From: a virus
IMG/VR virus record: IMGVR_UViG_3300033233_000014
Coordinates: 47,630-111,629 of that record
Reading direction: 5' to 3' (one strand)
DNA: 64,000 bases
Position numbers and translations under genes: made by a program. This document shows positions 61,059 to 64,000 of this stretch, one piece after another; the first letter of the stretch is position 1; every line of letters begins with the position of its first letter. The notes beneath the pieces were generated by a model that searched no databases, was not told the DNA's origin, and was given only the letters and a program-made list of their open reading frames with translations.

Positions 61059-62245
61059 GCGGATCTCCGGCTCTTCGCCGCCTGCATCGCCACCTCAGAG
61101 GGCATCTGGCGTGAGCCCAACTCCGGGAACTCCTCCTCCAGCGACTGCGAGAAGATCTGCAGCGCCCGGGAGATGGCGCCCGAGAGCGCGATGCGCTCGT
61201 CCTGCACCATGTAGCCCGCCCCGAAGATCCGATCGGCGGCGAGCGTGAATCCCATGTGGATGGTGCTCACCAGGAACTGGCCGACGGTGGTCTGCCCTGG
61301 CGTGAGTGCCGGCGCGCCACCCGTCATGCCGCCCGGCTGTCCCGGCTGCGCCTGCTGCCCAGGCTGCGCCGGCTGGCCCGGCATCCCCGGCCGCGCCCCG
61401 GGTTGCACCGGCGGACGCATCGGCGCGCCTCCCGTCGGCGGCTGCGCCTCCACCGCGGCGCGCGGCGGCGTCGCCACCGTGCCCATCATCGGCTCCTCGG
61501 GCGCCACTTCCCCCTGCCGCGGCGTCAGGCGGCGCATCGGCGGCCCGTTCTTCGGCATGCCCGACTTCGGCAGGGGCCGACGGGGCGGCATTGGTGCCGC
61601 CGGTGCCTCTTCCCCTGGCGGGGCCTCTTCGTCCGGCGCCTCTTCCGCCGGCGGCTCCTCGGCCGGCTTCTGCTCGATCTCCGCCGACTCCACCGGCGGC
61701 ATCGGGGGCGCCACGCCCTCCTCCGGCGGCGCTTCGGGCGCTTCCTCGGGCGGCGCCTCTTCCGGCGGGGCCTCTTCGGGCGCCTCCGCCTCGTCCGGCA
61801 TGGCCGCCACTTCCTCCTCGACCTCGGCGAGCGTCCGCGACCCGTAGTCGCTCCCCTCGGGTTCGGCGGCCGGCGCGCCCGGCTTGGCGGCGCCCGGCTT
61901 CGGCGGGAACGGCGAGGCTCCGGCCTTCGGCGGTCCCCCGGGCTTCGGCGGCCCACTCGGCTTCGGCGGTCCGCCGAACGGCGCGCCGGGCTTCGCCGTG
62001 CCCGGCTTCGCCGCCGCGGGCTTCGGCGGGAACGGCGACGGCTTCTTCTTACCCGCGTCGCCGTTGTCGTCCTCCCCGTTGTCGTCGCCGTTCTCCTCGG
62101 CCTCGGCCTTCGGCTTGGGCTTCGGCGGGGACGGCGGCCATGCCTTCTCGATCAGGCCAAGCGCCTGCTCCTGATCGGTCGGATGCGAGCCCTGGCGCAG
62201 ATGCCCGAAGAGACTCTTGGAGAGCAGCGAGAGATCTTCGCTCAT
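61055..62245 (-). CDS. Pro/Glu-rich low-complexity protein with folded C-terminus
   Basis: LLSKS, LIEKA; PEEAP and GQP repeats; IHMGFTLAADRIFGAGY. Confidence 0.72.
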   Translation of the reverse strand: MSEDLSLLSKSLFGHLRQGSHPTDQEQALGLIEKAWPPSPPKPKPKAEAEENGDDNGEDDNGDAGKKKPSPFPPKPAAAKPGTAKPGAPFGGPPKPSGPPKPGGPPKAGASPFPPKPGAAKPGAPAAEPEGSDYGSRTLAEVEEEVAAMPDEAEAPEEAPPEEAPPEEAPEAPPEEGVAPPMPPVESAEIEQKPAEEPPAEEAPDEEAPPGEEAPAAPMPPRRPLPKSGMPKNGPPMRRLTPRQGEVAPEEPMMGTVATPPRAAVEAQPPTGGAPMRPPVQPGARPGMPGQPAQPGQQAQPGQPGGMTGGAPALTPGQTTVGQFLVSTIHMGFTLAADRIFGAGYMVQDERIALSGAISRALQIFSQSLEEEFPELGSRQMPSEVAMQAAKSRRSA

Positions 62246-62254
62246 GATGTCCTC

Positions 62255-62806
62255 CTACGGTTGATGCGCCGCACACCCGGCGAGGCCTTCCCAGTCATCC
62301 CCGAGCCGCATGAGCGCCGCAGGATCGATGTGCATCGATCCAGCAGCCCACGTCGGCGTGTTGAGCGTGTTTCCCACGGCGCGCATCTCGTCGATCTCGA
62401 TCCGCCCGCTCGTCTGCGCCGGCGGCGACACCCAGACTGGCTGATGCGGCTGCCAGGAATGGCGGAGTGGCATCTTCTTCTCGATGATTTCCCCCTGCCC
62501 ACTCGGCAGGACGAACGCCGGGCGCGCCGCCAGTTCCCGGTTCCGGCGCTCCATCTCGAAAAGCAGGCCGCAGATCGTCTCGAACATCTCGACGACCGTC
62601 GCCTTGTCCTTGCTGTCCAGGATCCCGAGCCAGCAGGCCCGGCAGACGATCTGCAGGACCGAGTCGCCGACCTTGCGCTCGGCTTCCACGTCCGGCGCCT
62701 TGTCGGCCTCGCTGAGTTGGTTGCCCAGCGCCAACTCCTTGACGTTGACGAGCGGACGCATCTCGAACTCCGCCCGCTGGTTGCCGCACAGCACACATCG
62801 CTTCAT
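62255..62806 (-). CDS. zinc-finger hypothetical protein
   Basis: CVLC...CRAC. Confidence 0.6.
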   Translation of the reverse strand: MKRCVLCGNQRAEFEMRPLVNVKELALGNQLSEADKAPDVEAERKVGDSVLQIVCRACWLGILDSKDKATVVEMFETICGLLFEMERRNRELAARPAFVLPSGQGEIIEKKMPLRHSWQPHQPVWVSPPAQTSGRIEIDEMRAVGNTLNTPTWAAGSMHIDPAALMRLGDDWEGLAGCAAHQP

Positions 62807-62865
62807 GGAGCGCACATCCTACCCGGCACAGCCAGGTTCGCCACTACTTGCCCGACTCCTGCCGT

Positions 62866-63237
62866 TCACGCGCACGGCTGACCGGGAGACACCTTCATCG
62901 CCCGCGACCGCAGCACCTGCACATGCTCGATCAGGCCCGATGCCGAGGCGTGTTGCAGCAGCTCCCGCGCGAGCCCACGGAGACTCCTGAGTTCCCAGAG
63001 CGCTCGGGTCATCTGATCATGGGTGGCCGGCGCGAGCATGTCCTTCGCCCGCCTCACCGCCAGATCCAGACGGCTGAGTTCCTCGTCGCTCAGGAAGCCC
63101 TTCTCCTCGTAATTCTCCTCGCCCATGTGCATCTCCTTCTGGGTCGGAATGAACCGACACCGCGGATCTACCGAATGCTCTGCCGAGATCGCGGAAATCG
63201 AGTGGAACTCGAGATCGTCGATCACTCTGACGAACAT
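62866..63237 (-). CDS. hypothetical protein
   Basis: ORF; start uncertain. Confidence 0.5.
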   Translation of the reverse strand: MFVRVIDDLEFHSISAISAEHSVDPRCRFIPTQKEMHMGEENYEEKGFLSDEELSRLDLAVRRAKDMLAPATHDQMTRALWELRSLRGLARELLQHASASGLIEHVQVLRSRAMKVSPGQPCA

Positions 63238-63238
63238 G

Positions 63239-63514
63239 CTACCCCCACTTCGTGCCCGAGATCCGCTCGCCAAGCAGCGCCGCCCGCACGACCTCGAGCG
63301 CCGCCTCGAGCTTCTCGCGCACGGCCGTCCGCGTCACCGTGTGGTAGGTATCCCACGTCGCCTTGCGCTTGCTCTCGGGGATGACCACCGCCTCTTTCCA
63401 CGAGACGATGAAGCCGCCGTCGACCTTCGTGATCTCGACGGACTTCCCGCCCGTCCGGCCGCCGAGATCCTCGGCGGCATCCATGCGAGTCACATCAGGT
63501 TCTTCGCCGCTCAT
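63239..63514 (-). CDS. hypothetical protein
   Basis: SVEITKVDGGFIVSW. Confidence 0.6.
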   Translation of the reverse strand: MSGEEPDVTRMDAAEDLGGRTGGKSVEITKVDGGFIVSWKEAVVIPESKRKATWDTYHTVTRTAVREKLEAALEVVRAALLGERISGTKWG

Positions 63515-63516
63515 GT

Positions 63517-64000
63517 TCAGGCTCCTGCCGGCTGTCGCACAGCCTTCTTGCCCACGTACTTTTCCCACCTCGCCACAGCCACATCCACCCACTTCGGTTC
63601 GATCTCGATGCCGAAGCAGCGCCGTCCCTGCCGCTCGGCAGCGAGCAGCGTCGTGCCCGAGCCCAGGAACGGGTCGTAGACCGCGTCCGCCTTGCCCCCG
63701 TGATTCCGAATCGGCCGCTCCATGCACTCGATGGGCTTCTGGGTGGCGTGCGGCGTGGCATCCTCGCCCGAGCGCCCGTAGGCATCCTTCGGCGGCGTGA
63801 TTTCCCACGTCGTGCTCTGCCGCCGATCCCCACCCCACCGGGACGGCTTGCCCTTCCGCACCGCGTACCACGCCGGCTCGTGCTGCCAATGGTAGGCACC
63901 GCGCGAGAACGTCGGCGAGGGCTTGCACCACACGATCTGCGCCCGGATCTCGAACTCGACCTCGTGCAGGCCCGCCGCCACGATCCACGAGCACAGGCTC
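63517..64000 (-). CDS. beta-class amino DNA methyltransferase (5' part outside window)
   Basis: QIVWCK, HEP, HATQKP, DPFLGSGTT, GIEIEP. Confidence 0.88.
   Translation of the reverse strand, partial: SLCSWIVAAGLHEVEFEIRAQIVWCKPSPTFSRGAYHWQHEPAWYAVRKGKPSRWGGDRRQSTTWEITPPKDAYGRSGEDATPHATQKPIECMERPIRNHGGKADAVYDPFLGSGTTLLAAERQGRRCFGIEIEPKWVDVAVARWEKYVGKKAVRQPAGA

Noticed and set aside
61055-62245. DNA tandem repeats in the Pro-rich gene
   Set aside because: Explained by low-complexity protein sequence

Overview
GC-rich (roughly 70% by eye) segment of what is most likely a large tailed phage genome. Essentially all credible genes lie on the minus strand; the long plus-strand ORFs are antisense shadows. 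(1) 1-8.8 kb is an RNA/translation island. It holds a truncated Ro60/TROVE gene, 40 tRNA genes (19 amino acids, no Phe in the window), a tmRNA, a DUF559-type endonuclease and an Rnl2-type RNA ligase. Between the tRNAs sit several non-tRNA RNAs: 3 paralogous Y-RNA-like molecules with a shared Ro-binding stem but different effector ends, a 4th Y-like rod, 2 circularly permuted tRNA-like RNAs, a 36-nt alanine-identity minihelix and a CCA-tailed hairpin. Ten tRNAs plus the tmRNA share a co-varying non-canonical elbow (A18/G55). (2) 8.8-42.5 kb is a run of small early-type genes driven by 12 related sigma70-type promoters, and includes an intein-containing DNA methyltransferase, a SWIM-finger DNA ligase and two ParB-like proteins. 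(3) 42.5-43.7 kb is a repeat-rich noncoding gap (origin or terminus candidate). (4) 49.8-62.2 kb is a cluster of probable internal virion proteins that share a recurring 'hydrophobic-x-K ... AW(E/Q)xR' module, including a PI3K/HipA-like kinase, next to an AAA+ ATPase. All structures and family calls were made by eye; no searches or folding were run.
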